A DNA stretch of 64,000 nt, from the NCBI GenBank assembly GCA_013239625.1, contig MU054220.1:7909367-7973366 (forward strand), given 5' to 3'. The stretch's first letter is position 1, and every line of letters begins with the position of its first letter. Shown here one piece after another: positions 11,775 through 25,520 of the stretch. The DNA comes from Lama guanicoe (taxonomy: Eukaryota). A model generated the notes under the pieces. The model was given only the letters and a program-made list of their open reading frames with translations. It was not told the DNA's origin and searched no databases. The position numbers and the translations under genes are program-made.

Positions 11775-13200
11775 AGTAATACTTACTGAGTAATTACGAT
11801 GATCCTGACATGGGCGAGGCACTGAGGATTGGATTAGAAAAAAAGCGGGGAAAATGAGGCGGTCTGTCTTCTTAGGCAGTGATAGTACAGTGAGGGAGAA
11901 AGAAATTAGAGAAACAATTCCACAGATTGTGATAAAAATCTATGAAGGAATAATAGAAAGGGACATGAGAGTACACAGCAAGGGAAGGGGCCATTGCTAG
12001 GTTCAGGGACCAGAAGGAAGGCACCCTTGAAAGATATAATTTGTTTCACGGTCTGAAGAAGAGGCAGGATTCCCCATGGGAGTAGGAAGGTGGGGATAGA
12101 ATGATGGGGGCTGGGAGAATGCAAAGTCGAGGCCGATGCAGAGGCAAAAGACCTGCCTTAGGGGATCGGCAAGAAATCAGCAGGCTGGGATCGGATGGAG
12201 TGAACAGACGTAGGATGAAGAGGAGATGAGAGAGAGAGGCAGGTGGCACATCAAGAAGGCTTTTGCAAGCCACGTTCCAAAGTCCAGGCAAGAGCATGTG
12301 CACAAATTATAATGCAACTTAAAAAACCAGTGTCATAAAGGTACTACAGAGTCCTAGGGAAGGACAGTGCAAAGAGAGATGGTTCTTACTGACATGTCAC
12401 TGAAGGATTCAGAGAGGAGATCACATAAGCATAGGACTTGACAGAGAGATGGCATCTTAAGTGGAGAACTGAGATGACATGGACAGGTGGAAAAGAACAG
12501 TTGTTACAAAAGCACAGAACATATAACTTGAATTGTGAATAGAGTCTACTTGAAAGGAAACAGTTGGAGAAAGGCTGAAATTATGGACTGGGGCCAGATC
12601 ATGGAAGATTATGAGTACCAGATGATGCTGGGTATGTAAAAACCTTCTTATTTTATTTTACCATATTTTGAAAGCATAAAAGAAATAGATCATGCTACTT
12701 AGAGCAGGGGCCTTGGGTTTGAGTCCCGAAATGTGTGAATTTTGGCAATTAATATTTCTTTGACTATTTTTCTGACTTGTAAATACAACATCGTTAGGAT
12801 GATATAAGGATTAAATCAAGTTCAAAAGACGAAGTATAAAATATTTATCTCAGAAATTGGCAGTAAAAGCTTTCTATGGATGAATACTATTAATATTAAT
12901 CTTAATGCAGTAATTCACATTGGTATGTAGAATACTCAGGCAGTATAGAGAACTTGGAGTCAGGGATTGAGGCCATTGTAGGCATTAAGATTGGAGGTGA
13001 TGAGAATTTGAACTAAGAATGGCAACTGGAGTAGAAAAGAGAGCAATGATGTCACCTGGAGTGTACACAGGCAAACAGAATAGGGCTCTGAAGCATTTAA
13101 CAGTGTAAGAGCAAGGTGCTGGAGGCAGCCAAAATGACTGATGTTAAATGGGTGGCAGTTACACGGTGTTTGCCACTCACTGACATCAGAACACCAAGAG
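11775..13200 (-). mobile_element. L2 LINE fragments, with a plus-strand MIR at ~12700-12880
   Basis: tacttactgagtaattac...ggcactgagg, ggggccagatcatggaag, ggaggtgatgagaatttgaactaag are typical antisense L2 purine-rich motifs. Confidence 0.6.
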
Positions 13201-13469
13201 AAAAATCTTTTTATAATCAGGAGTTTGTGACTGCGAACAGCATTTCCTGACTAGTGAAAAATGAGATGTCTGTGATAAGGGAGGACGTATTTTACCTATG
13301 ATTCACACATAATTCACTCATGCATCCCCTTTAGATCCATCCAGAATAAAGCCATGACACTTGCCTCATGATTTTCCAAGCCCGCTGCCTGCCTTAGCTT
13401 GACACACACCACACAATACACACACACACACACAGGTGTGTGTAAGTAGAATGTGTAATTGTGTACCTA

Positions 13470-15550
13470 GATTTTTATATTTTGTGAAGTACAATGCCTG
13501 CAAAAGTGTATAAAACATAACTGCACAGCTTAACACATTGTGATAAAGAGAACGCTCATGTAATCACATCCCAGAAAGAGAACGTTACTAACATCCCGGA
13601 CGTTAGTCCTCATGCCCATGGCAATCATAGCCTCCTCTTTTTCCATATCCTTTTATTTACATTAATTACTCCCTTGTTTGCTTGTTGTTTTTTTTAATAA
13701 TTTTTACCACCTAACTATTCATTTTAAACCCATTCTTTCAGTCTTGACTATTTTTAATTAATTTATTTTTTCTCCCAGTTTTATTGAGATATAATTGGCA
13801 TACAGCACTGTAAGTTTAAGGCGTACAGCATAATGATCTGACTTCAATATATCATGAAATGATTACCACAATCAGTTTAGAGGATATCCATCATCTCACA
13901 TGTGTGTATATATGTATATATACATACATACATATATACACACACACACACATATACACAATAAAAGGAAAAGGAAAAATAGTTTTTCCTTGTGATGAGA
14001 ACACTTAGGATTTACTTCCTTAACAATTTTCATATATAACATACAGCAGAGTTGTTTGTATTAATCACGTTGTACGTGACATCCCTAGTACTCAGTATCT
14101 TACAGCTGAAAGTATGAACCTTTCCTCCACCTTCATTCAATTAGTCTTACCTATTTTTAAAGTCTATGTAAATGACATCAAACATGAATTTTCTTTTGCC
14201 TGGATTCTTGTCTTCAACCTTTGTTTTCAAGATTTATCCATGGGGTTCCCTGCAGTAGTACTAGTTGTTCATTTTTATACTGGACTGTATTTCTCTGGAT
14301 GCATATACCACTATTTACGAATTGATGCTATTATTTTTGAGTGTTTAGACTGTTTCTATTAAAGAGCTATTATAAGTAACATGGTTTGATTATTTTTGTT
14401 TATGTCTGATGGTGCAATACTGCATTCAGCTTTGTAGGGTAAAAGCTGGAGCAGGGTTGAAACAATAGAGCGTCGTGGCTCTTCATTTTACTAGACAATA
14501 GCAAACTGTTTTCCAAAATAATTAGGACAATTACACACCGATCAGCTATAAATGAAAGCTCTTGTTATATATCATAGCCTGCATTTGCCATCTTCGTTTC
14601 TTTTTATCTTTTTAAATAGTTGTGTAGTGGTAGATCATTGTGACTTTGAATTTTATGAGAAGTTTTTGTCTATATTTATTGACCATTTATAGTTCTTCTT
14701 TCAGAAGTACCTGTTTAAGTCTGCTGCCCTGCTGGGTTTTGCATCACCTTCCTGATGTATAAAAAATTCATGCATCTCAATTTACATATTACTGATATGT
14801 TTTCCTTATTAGTGCGTATGTTGCAAATATCTTCTTCCAGTCTTAACTTGTATCTTAATGATTCTAACGGTGTTATTTGGGGAGATCATTCTTAATTTTC
14901 AATCAAATTTATCAAACTCTTCCGTATGGATAGTACTTCCTTGTCCTGCTTATTGAAGGTATTTTTGTACATTATAAAAGGTGATACTTCTGTCTTTTAC
15001 ACTTAGGTTTGCTTACACAACCACATCATCTATGATCACTGATGGAAGTTAGGTATTCTTCATCAAAATAAGAAAGTTCTATTCTCTGCCTACTGGTTAT
15101 AAGATTGCTTTCCATTTATTACATATGTTTCTATGATTTGTATTGTTTATTCTGCTTATGTGGTGAATTCTAGGTATTTCTTCCCTAACATGAAATAAAC
15201 ACTTGTGGACCTGTCATAGCCCTAACTTGGTCTCGATGCATTTTCTGTGATGTATTTGTCAAACTTACTCTTTGCTACTTGAGTTAGGATGTTTGCACCT
15301 AATTTTACGGGTGGCATTAGAATATATTTTTTGGTGTGTTTTATTGTCTTTGTTGGGTCTTAGGATCAAGGTTATGCTGGCCCATAAATGATGGCTGAAT
15401 ATATCTTGTTGCTCTCTTCTCTGGCAGAGTTTGTAAAATCAGCATCACCGACATACTTATTCCTTAAATATTAGATAGAACTTGGGAGTGAAGCTATCTA
15501 AGTTTTTATTTGACAAGAATTTTTAATTACAGATACTTACAAAAATACTT
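13470..15550 (-). mobile_element. Old L1 (L1ME-like), interrupted
   Basis: agcaaactgttttccaaa, gttgcaaatatcttcttccag, atcaaggttatgctggcc. Confidence 0.7.
13758..14142 (-). mobile_element. Laurasiatherian L1 3' end (L1MA9/L1_Carn-like) nested in the older L1
   Basis: ccagttttattgagatataattggcatacagcactg...ccttgtgatgagaacacttaggatttac. Degenerate 18-bp TSD agtcttgactatttttaa (13740-13757) / agtcttacctatttttaa (14143-14160). Internal (TA/CA)n. Confidence 0.85.
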
Positions 15551-15559
15551 GCAGGACTA

Positions 15560-15842
15560 TTTTTGTTATGTATATTTTAACTGTGATGAAATGTCATAAC
15601 AAAAAATTGCCCTATTAGACATTTTAAGTGTACAATCCAGTGGCATTAATTACATTAACAACGCTGTGCAACACTTTTCCCAAAACTTTTTCATGAAACA
15701 GGAATTCTGTACCCATTAAGCAATAAATTCCTCAATCCCCCTCAGTACTTGGAATCTATTTCCTGTCTCTATGAGTTTGCCTATTATAGATATTTCATAT
15801 AACTGAAGTCATGTAATACTTTTCCTTTTGTATCTGGCTTAC
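15560..15842 (-). mobile_element. L1MA/L1MB 3' UTR fragment
   Basis: ttttaagtgtacaatccagtggcattaattacatt...tctgtacccattaagcaataa...ttttgtatctggctta. Confidence 0.8.
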
Positions 15843-15854
15843 TACCCCCTTCCA

Positions 15855-16550
15855 TTTTTTTTTTTTTTTTGGCTGTTGACAATGAATTTTTTTTCCACTT
15901 TTATGTATTCATTTGTGCAAAGTTGCACAAACCTGACCTCATTCACCAACACAAAACATACGACCACAACACACACAAGGCCTTGGAGAAGACTCAGAAC
16001 TTTGAAGGACAGGAAGGCATGAACACAGCCGGGTGGGCTTTTGGTTTCATCTGTAGGGGTCTGGGGAAGGCTCTGGTCCCACATCTGGAAAGGCAGAGGG
16101 GTGTGAAAGGCAATAAACAGCCCCCTGGGCCCAGCCCGCTTTGCTACATTGGGGGGTATCTCTGAATGTAGCCCTGGCAGCACCCGCCCCTGGCCCTCAG
16201 CCGGCAGCAGCAGAAGCCAGGACAGCAGAGTCTGGGCATCGGGAGCAGGCCGATCAAAAGTGCTGCCAAAGTTCCCCTGCGAACAGCCCCCAGTGCCCTG
16301 CAAGGCAGGAGGTAAGTCCAGGTCAGACTCCACAGTCCCTGGATGTCCATGTCTCAGAGCCAGGTCTTCCTTCTCTGAACCTCTAGGGAGCACAAGGTGC
16401 CCTCCCACACCGGCGGCCTCCTCTTGACCACACGCGTTCCGGCTGCCTGGCCTGGTGGCCGGATACTGTCTCTGTGCCCAGCCACCACCCGTCCTCTGCG
16501 TCACAGTCCTGTAGGCCTCCTGCCCGGTACTGATGGGTCTCCTGATTCTG
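15855..16550 (-). pseudogene. Putative retrocopy (processed pseudogene fragment) of an unidentified GC-rich mRNA 3' end
   Basis: T16 at 15855-15870 is a minus-strand poly(A). Variant poly(A) signals CATAAA/AATACA lie ~30-40 nt upstream of it. Abrupt GC- and CpG-rich island inside AT-rich L1 debris. No repeat family recognised and no TSD found. Confidence 0.65.
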
Positions 16551-16554
16551 GTTT

Positions 16555-17450
16555 TCTCTAGTTTTATTTTGATAATTTAAGTGTAGATTTCATTGCATTC
16601 ACCCTACCTAGCATCATAAAACTTCCTGAAACAATGGACTAGTAGTATTCATGCATTTTTTAAAATTCTCAAATGCTGTCTCCTCTATTACTTCTGTCTC
16701 ATTAACATGCTTCTCTACTTCTGAAATTCTAACTAAACATATGTTACTGCTTTTCTATATCCTCTTTGTTTCTTTTCTCCTATATAAAAATTTCCCAATT
16801 TCTGTCTCCAAATGCTGCATCCAGCTTTTGTTTGTTCTGGCCAAGCTTCCAATTTGTTATTTCTCTTTCATCTCGTGTAATATGTGATTAAGTATGTCCG
16901 ATGAGCTTTCGTTTTAAATCATTATATCATTCACTGCAATAAATTCTGTAAAGATTTTTCTTCAATATGCTTAAGTCCCTTTTTATTGTTTCTGGTTCTC
17001 TGCCCAGTTGTTGAAGCTTAGCTTTTATCTCCTTTAATGTATAAATACATATTTTTATCTTCAGTTGAAGTCTGATAATTCCAATATTTAAAATTTCTAT
17101 GTATCTCTTTGTTCTCACTTCTCAAGTTCTCGCTCACGTTATCTTACCGCCTCTTTGTGTGGTTACTTTTCACTGTGTGTGCAGCACAGCATCATTGAAA
17201 AAGTATTTGTAGCAGTAATCTGAGGATTAGGACGACGTTTCCTATGCCACTATTTTTTTTCTAGAAAAGGATTCTTCTTCACCCCTGCTTGTCATCTGTA
17301 GATTTTCAGAATCTTAATTTAACTTGATCCAGGGTTTGAGATTTTTCTGGGCTATTCGTAATATTTCAAAGTAGACTTCATTATGAATGAAAGCTGATTT
17401 TATTCCATCCAATTTAACTTTTAGAGTCAAGCCTTTTGGAGCCCAGGAGG
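16555..17450 (-). mobile_element. Old L1/HAL1 ORF1 and 5' region fragment
   Basis: ORF 16927-17118 (LKEIKAKLQQLGREPETIKRDLSILKKN) resembles the L1 ORF1p coiled coil. Confidence 0.55.
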
Positions 17451-17527
17451 AAGGTGGTTTACCAAGATCGAGTTGCTTTATTTGGCCTCTGCTTCTGCTT
17501 GTACTGTCTTAGTTCCATGAGGCCGTA

Positions 17528-17895
17528 CGTTATAGACTTACTGTTTGTGTCCCCCGGATTTATATGATGAAATCCTAACCCCCATGTGATGCTATTCAGA
17601 AGTGAACGATAACTAGCTCATGAGGGTAGAGCCTTCATGAATGGGATTAGCTGCCCTGATAAAAAGTCATGAGTTTGCTTTCTCTGTCTCTGCTCTCCGC
17701 CAGGCGAGGACACAGCAAGAGGACGGTCATCTACGAACTTGGGGATGGTGGTGGGGGCAGGACCACACCAGGCACTGGATCTGCCAACTCCTACATCTTC
17801 GATTTCCCAGCCTTCAGCAGTGTAAGAAATAAATGTTTGTTGTTTAAGCCACTCAGTCTACAGTAATTTAAATGGCAGCCCAATGGACTAAGACA
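17528..17895 (+). mobile_element. MaLR solo LTR (MLT1A-like)
   Basis: tgtttgtgtccccc...gaaatcctaacccccatgtgat...agaaataaatgtttgttgtttaagccactcagtcta...ggactaagaca. Confidence 0.9.
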
Positions 17896-18889
17896 CTGTC
17901 AAAATATGGTTCAGTCTTTCAGTCACCTCTTATAGACTGGCAATACCCAGGGCAAGGGTAATCTTAAATCCTGTAGTCACTCCTCTCCATCCTCTTTCTC
18001 TTCTTATTTGCAGATGAAAAGTGCCTCGTCATCTTGTTAACTCTTTGTACTGTTTTATTTAAAAAGATTTAATTAACTACTAAGAAGTAGTTAGAAGTGG
18101 AAGTTCTATGATATTTTAACTTAATCACCCTTTGATAAATCTTTAACTCTCCATGACTGTATCTTCATAGAAATATGGATCTTACTTATACCTCAAGAAG
18201 GCTAACTTCAGCATGACCTTCACTGATTTATTTCTAATTCAGATTTCCTCTACATATGTTAATGTAGACTTGTGTATTTCAAATGAATAGACACATAAAG
18301 TATGTTTGTGGATTTTTTCCAGAAAGTAAACAATAATAAAGTGATTTCGTAGGCTTAAGGATTATATAAATATGGAATATTTCAATGATATAATTTATTA
18401 TTTCATCATTTTTTACACAGTGCAATACAGTTTGTACTATTTGCTAAAAGAACATCCCATCATAATCATTAAAGCTTTGTAATTATTGCCCCTTTTGTGG
18501 TAGGCGTTTTGCTAGGATCTTTTACGTTATCTGTAACATGTAAAATAACTGAAATTTAGGTGCTGATTCTATTATCAAACTCTCAGTGTTTTTTTTTAAG
18601 AAATAGTTTTCATTTCAAACAGTTTTCTTCAAAATATGAACATCTGTATCAAGTAATGAATACAAAATTATTTAGAAGCTTGTCTTTCCCTTGACTTCAA
18701 TGACACCATGAGAATTTGGAGAAGACATAGTTGTAGCTCCAAAATTTGAGTTTGCTAGAGCTAATTCAACTGAGAAGTATTAAATTTCTTAATAATTTGG
18801 AACTCGTATTCTCAAAGATATTACAAACCTGACATGCTACTTCTTTCAAGACACAGGTGGTTTGTTGAGTGCTTCAGATCTCTCTTTCC

Positions 18890-18962
18890 TGTGTGTGTGT
18901 GTGTGTGTCTGTGTGTTGTGTGAGTGCACGCATGTGTGTGTGCGTGTATGTGGTGTCTGTGT
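18890..18962. repeat. Imperfect (TG)n
   Basis: tgtgtgtgtgtgtgtgtgtctgtgtgttgtgtgagtg... Confidence 0.9.
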
Positions 18963-21394
18963 ATTTGAGTAGGAGGTTAATTTAGTCGCGAGAAAGCAGA
19001 ATTAGAAGAAGACAGAGGAGAATATCAATTACACATACATACCAATTTTCTTCTACCAAACTCACCAAAAGTTGACATTATTTGTACATATATTCACATC
19101 TATTGTGTATATTCCTGTATATGTATGGAGTTTGTGTATGTATGTGGAATATGAGAAGGAACTTGAATCAAATTAAGAGACGTACTGCCACTTATGACAA
19201 AACAAGTCTAAGTAAAGAATGACGTGTATTTAGGCACCTTCTGATTCATCACGGACATTGTAGTTTTACTTGAATCTTCTGTGTTTTCTCACTTTTTGTC
19301 TTCTTATAACATTCTAAGACTTATTAAGTCATGGTCCAGAGTATATCAATTCTTTGTGGGACTGTAAGTAAGCAACTTGCAAGTTTAAGATAAGTAATGG
19401 ATTGATCTGTATAACGTGGTCATTCCTCTACAAGTCAGTGTTAATCAAGAAACTACTATTGCTGAACGAAAGAGATCCTGTCTTAGTCTCTGAGTATTTC
19501 TTACTTAATCAAAATATGTTGGTTAAACTAAGTGAAGTTTTCATACATTTAAAGATATATGAAACATTTTCCCTAACTTTGTATTAAAATTAAATTTTAA
19601 GAATTTGTAAGACTACTACAATGAGCACTTAGGTATTTATCATCCATATATTTCTCTCTCTTTTGCTTGTCAAGGTTTTGTTATTGTTGCTCTCTCAGTT
19701 TTCTCTCCCTTCTCCTCCCTCTCTGAAAGTGAGTGTGAGTGTGTATGCGCATATGAACAGACATTTTGCCTTTAAATGACAGAGTACTGTGATTAATAGT
19801 AAAGAATATATTATAAGTAAAAACAAAGTATATCCTCCAACATAAAACAACATAATGAACACAATCAGCAAGCTTAACATGAACGCAATACTTTTGCTCA
19901 ACGTATAACCCAAATTCTAATTCCTCCAATTCTCTCGATAATATATAGTTGTTACTTTTTTATGACCAAGGACTTAAGCTAGAATCACTGATTACTTTTG
20001 CTTGTCTGGATTAAATTCTTTTTTAATATACAATAGTTTACCCAAGAATTGTTTGTCTTCTATGACACTGAAGCCTTGCAAAAGTATGTAACTGAAGTTT
20101 CTGAATCTGTTTCTCCCACTCAAGTATGTTTTTCTGTTTGTTTGTTTCACATAAGTGGGAATGTGTATGTAAATGTAGTATATAAATTAGAATGATAAAA
20201 GCCAGTTCTTCCTTGTTTGTGCTCAATTCAGTTGAATATCGACATTTAAAATAATAGCACTGTTTTTTTCTAAGAAGTCTTGTTTGTGTTGTATAATATA
20301 GTTTACTTAAATGTGAAAGATAATATGTACAGTGATATTTAAAGAGAAAACATTAAACTCCTATCATGTACTCTGTCTCCACCATTAACTTTTCCACAAA
20401 AAATGAGCCACTTGCTTTCACCAGAAAGTAAAGGTTTTGCTTTGAAGCAATTTTGCTAATATCTATGAATACTGAAAACTGATTAGTGTGATTTATTGTA
20501 TGCTTTTCTCAAATGCAATGAAATATAATTATTGGATTTTCTGTACTGTGCTACAGTATGTAAAAATTGGCATGCATTTATCCACCCTGTAATTTCATGG
20601 TGTTACAATGTTATTACTCAATAATGACTTAGCAATTACTTTATAATTACTCTATCACTGAATAGTAATTATCCCATAATTAGAGGATCAATTTCCAAAG
20701 ATTAGAAAAAATACAGCAATTTAGGCCGTGTAAACAGTGATCATGAACGTCAATGTATTTATAAGATTATTGCTTGCATATAAAATAAAACCAATAAACA
20801 TAATTTAGAATCCAATAACTAGATTGCAAGCCAAATTGAGGATTAAGCTCATAAGAAATAAATCGTAGTGTGTAGATATTAATGGGGCAATTATTTACTT
20901 TTCATTAAAAACCTATTAGTACAGCATTGTTGTTATTTATAATAAGTAATAATGTACATGCTTAAAAAACAATTGGCATTAGAAATTAATAAGTGATAGT
21001 TTTTAGTACTGGGGAAACAATAAATGAAACACAGCTGAAGAGAATTTCTCCATATGTCATTATACAAAAATGTTATTCACAAGCATTTAATAAGGTAATG
21101 ATTTTAATAAAAATTAAAATGACTTTACTTAAAATTTGGGTTTCCTCATTTTTGTTGTTATTTTGCTTGAGCTACATGCTGCTGTTGCTGACATGTATTT
21201 AGTGATATGACTTCCTTCTAAATTACAATTCTAAAGCAAATAACTTTTCATATCAATCTTGTCTAAATACTACAGATCCTCCAGATTAATTATTAATTCT
21301 AGAATAGTGTGCTTTTATTTTTGCTTTTTACACTGGAAATTCCCTCCTTGATTATAAAGTGTTTCCTGGGAGGATTGAAGAAGTGAATTTATTT

Positions 21395-22380
21395 GAGGTA
21401 TATGAAAAACTCCCACAATTCAATAATAAAATGACAGAAAAATCTGGTAAAAAATAGGCAAATGTTGAATAGTCAGTTCAGAAAAGAGGATACAAGCATG
21501 GACAATAAGCACCTTAAAAGTGTTTAATATTATTATTTATGATAGAAATGTAAATAGACCACAATGAGATACTACTATGCCCCTCCCAGGATGTCAGATG
21601 GACAAAGTGTAAAAAAATTAATAATAACACCAAACATGGAGCAACTGAAACTCTTAAACATTGTTGGTATAAAACTTAAAAAGTATAACTGCTTTGAAAA
21701 AAGTTATATCAGCTTCTCATAGAATTAAAGATATATGTAGGCAATGATCAGAAATTCAAATATTAGTTATTTTCCCAAGAGAAATAAAAACATATGTTCA
21801 CAAGAGAAGACCCGCACAGAATGATTATATCAGCCAAAAGTTTGAAATACCCCAAGTTAAAAGATGCTAACTGGGGTCTATTCACAGGAGGACACATTAC
21901 TCATCACGAGGAAGGCACAGACTACTGATTATATGCAACAACATGGGTGAATTTGAAAACCACTTATCAATCTAAGTGGAAATTCCTTACCCAAAAGAGT
22001 GCACATTGTCTTTTTTCCTCAATTTTTTAAAAAAAGTTCTAGAGCAGTCAAATCAAAGCTATGGTTTTAAAAAAGTGTGGTTCTGGTTATATATAGGGAC
22101 AAGATTGTGGGACTTGACTGAGAAAGAACACCAGAGAACTTTCCTGGATCATGGCAATGTTCCCTACCTCATAGGTTGCATTTACACAGGTGTATGCATT
22201 TGCCAAAACTTAGCTGACACACTGTTAAGATGTGTATGTTTCAGTATATGTAAATTTTACACAGGATGGGTAAATATATATTGATCATTAGGTAATAATA
22301 TACATGCTGAAGTATTTAGGGACAGTAAACAGAAATCCGCAATTTAACTGGGGAAAGAAAAACAAATGAACAGCAAACAC
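21395..22380 (+). mobile_element. L1 (L1MC/ME-like) ORF2 end and 3' UTR
   Basis: accacaatgagatactactat, atggagcaactgaaactctt, gcaacaacatgggtgaattt. Confidence 0.75.
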
Positions 22381-22384
22381 TGCC

Positions 22385-23375
22385 TCTGATCTCATACCAT
22401 ATACACAAAAATAGAAAACCCACAGAATGAATGAAAATATTTGCAAATCATATAACTGATAAGGGATTAATATCTAGAATATATGAAGAACTCCTATAAA
22501 AACAACATCAAAGCAATCCACTTTAAAAATGGGCCAAGGGTTTGAAGAAATATTTATTTAAGGAAGAACAAGTGGCTAATAAGTCCAAGAAAAGATGCTC
22601 AAGATCACTTACGTTAAGGAAAAGCAAATTAAAACCACAATGAGATAGCACTTCACACCAATTAGGATAGCTATTGCTTGTTTTTAAAAGGAAAGTAACA
22701 GGTGTTGGCTAGGATGTGGAGAAACCGAAATGCCTATGCGTTGCTGGTGGGAATGTGAAATCGTACAGCTACTATGCAAAACAGTCTGGCATTTCTTCAA
22801 GAGGTTAAACAGAATTACCATCTGCTTCAATAATTTTACTCCTGGGTATGTATCCCAAATAATTAAAAGCAGAGACTCAAAAATATATTTGTACACTACT
22901 GTTCATAGCAACACCATTACAAAACCCAAATGGTGGAAACAACCCAAATGTCCATCAATGCATGAATGAATAAACAAAATGTGGTATATACAAACATGGA
23001 ATATGATACAGCCTTGAAAATGAATGCCATTTTAATACATGATATTATATAAATGAACCTTGAAAACATTATCTTAAGTGAAATAAGCCAGACACAAAAG
23101 TCAAAATACTGAATAAATTCACTTACATGCGTTACCTAGATTAGGCAAATTCATAGATACAGAAAATACAAGTCACTGGGGGTTGATGGGAATAAGGGAT
23201 GGGAAATTATTATTTAAAGAATAGAGAGTTTTTGTGTAGGATGACGAAAATGTTCTGGAAATGGATAGTAATAGTGGTCACACAATATTATGAATGTACA
23301 TAATATCACAAAATTGTACACTTTAAAATGGTTAAAAAGCTAAATTTTGTATTATGTATCTTACCACAATAAAAA
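22385..23375 (+). mobile_element. L1MB-like ORF2 end plus complete 3' UTR
   Basis: atatttgcaaatcatataactgataagggattaatatc...aaacaacccaaatgtccatcaat...gttctggaaatggatagt...ttaccacaataaaaa. ORF 22730 CWWECEIVQLLCKTVW matches the L1 ORF2 C-terminal motif. Confidence 0.9.
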
Positions 23376-25520
23376 CTTATCTCAAAAATGGTTCAGAAAC
23401 CAAACTACAAAATCTGAAACTAAAATTTCTAGAATAAAACACTGGAGAAAATCTTCCTAACACTGATTTAGATAAAGATTTCATAGATGGAGCAAAACTA
23501 ACAGATAATAAAATAATAATTTTAAAATTGGACTTCATCAAGATTAAACACCATCATTAATGCAATAAGACAATCAACAGGCTGAAAGAAAATGTTCAAA
23601 ACACATAAATCACACAAGGACTTGAATTTAAAATACATGAAAACCACTTATAACTCCATAATGAGAAAATAACTAACTCAGTTAAGTAATGGACAAAAGA
23701 TTTGCTCAGATACTTCACAAAAGATATATAAATGACCAATATGCATATGCAAAGATACTCAGCATTATTAGAGAAATGCAGTTAAAACAGCAACAATTTT
23801 TTAAAAAAGGAGAAAAATCAATGTTAAACAAATTTTAAAAACTAAAAAGAAAACATACAATATATATGCACTCAAGGAAATATAGGTACACATCCCTTAC
23901 GATAGTTAAGTGTTTTGAAAAGACCAAACCAAGTGTTTACAAGGAAGTCCCATTCATCCTGGGTGTAAAATGGTCTTAATGCTTAAAAAAAACAGTTTTG
24001 GAATTTCTCAAAAATTATTCATTTACTTATTATATTATCCAGATATTTCATTCCTAAATATACGGCCTACAAATAAAATAAAAACATACATATGTATAAG
24101 AATTTGCGTGCAAACATTCATGCAACATCATTTGCAAAAGCAAAAATTTTGAAACAACCCAAAGTCCATCAGGGTATGAATGAATATACAACTTTTTATT
24201 CATATATAAAATGGAATAGTGCTCTGCTCTAAAAATGAACCATTGATTCACAAAACTATATGGTTGAATCTTAGAAGCATTACGCACAGTGAATGTAGCC
24301 AGGCAAAAATGCATACAGAAAGTGTATATAAACAGAAACTTATATAGAATTTCAGAAATTTCAAGCTATGTAACTGCTTGCCTGCTGACAAGGGTAGGTG
24401 TAGAGACGGTTTACAAAGGAACAAAAGAAAAATTGGAGGGTGATAGAAATGTTTATTATTTAATGGTTTTCACAGGGTCATAGTTGTCTGTGTATACACA
24501 AATATGTTAAGCGGATAAAATGGCACACTTTCAATATGTGTAGCTTATTGTACTTTCTGCATCGATGAAGATATTTTAAAAGACACTTAAGATATTGAAA
24601 AGGCACGTCAGCTACTGGATAAAAATACTTGTAAAACATGGATCTCATATACAACATATTTCCAGAATATATAAAGAACTCTAACAATTCAATAACAACA
24701 ACAAAAGAAGATAAACCACTCAACTAAAAAAATGGGCAATGATTTGAAAGGATGCTTCTTCAAAAAACATGCACAGCTGACCAACTAGTACACAAAAAGA
24801 CTCACACCATCATTAGTCACCAAGGAAATGCAAATGCATTCTAACATGAGATATCCCCACATATATCAGAAAAGCTGAAAGTAAAGGAACTGACAAGGTC
24901 AAGTATTAGCGTTAGCGTGGATGTGAAGAGAGTAGAACTCACATATATAACTGATCGGACAACAGCTTGACATTTTATTATAAAGTTAAACATATCCTTA
25001 TCCTTTGACCCATGAATTCCACTCCTTTGTCTTTTCCAAAGATAGCTAATGTCTACACAAAGTTTTTATGTAATTTTCATAAAATTTTATGTAAATTTTC
25101 ATAGCAGCTTTATTCTTAATATTAATGGAAAAACATCAATCTTCTGGAAAAACAATAAACATATTGTGGCATAATCATCAATTTGTAAATCAGTAAAGAA
25201 ACTGTATTACATTTAGACAAAGGAATACTATTTAACAATTAAAAAGAATGCAACAACAAGAATGAATCACAAAAACTATATCAAGCGAAAGAAAAAGTCT
25301 ACAGTGACAGAACCAGATTAGTGGTTTCCTGAGACTAGGATAGGAGAATGTGATTGAGTTTAAAGAAGAATGAGGAAACTTTTTATGGGTACGGAAATGT
25401 TATATGTCTTTTGTGATGGTGGTTACCTGATTGTATGTATTTATAAAATCTATTTAACTACACTTTAAATGGGAAAATTTTAGTTATCTAAGGTTGTATA
25501 TCAATATAACTGATCAAAAT
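23376..25520 (+). mobile_element. Additional L1 (L1MC/ME-like) ORF2 and 3' UTR fragments
   Basis: aaattggacttcatcaagattaaa, atggacaaaagatttg, agaatatataaagaactc, atcattagtcaccaaggaaatgcaaat. Confidence 0.75.

Noticed and set aside
22730..22969. 79-aa ORF with a CWWEC motif
   Set aside because: Degenerate L1 ORF2 C-terminus, not a host gene.
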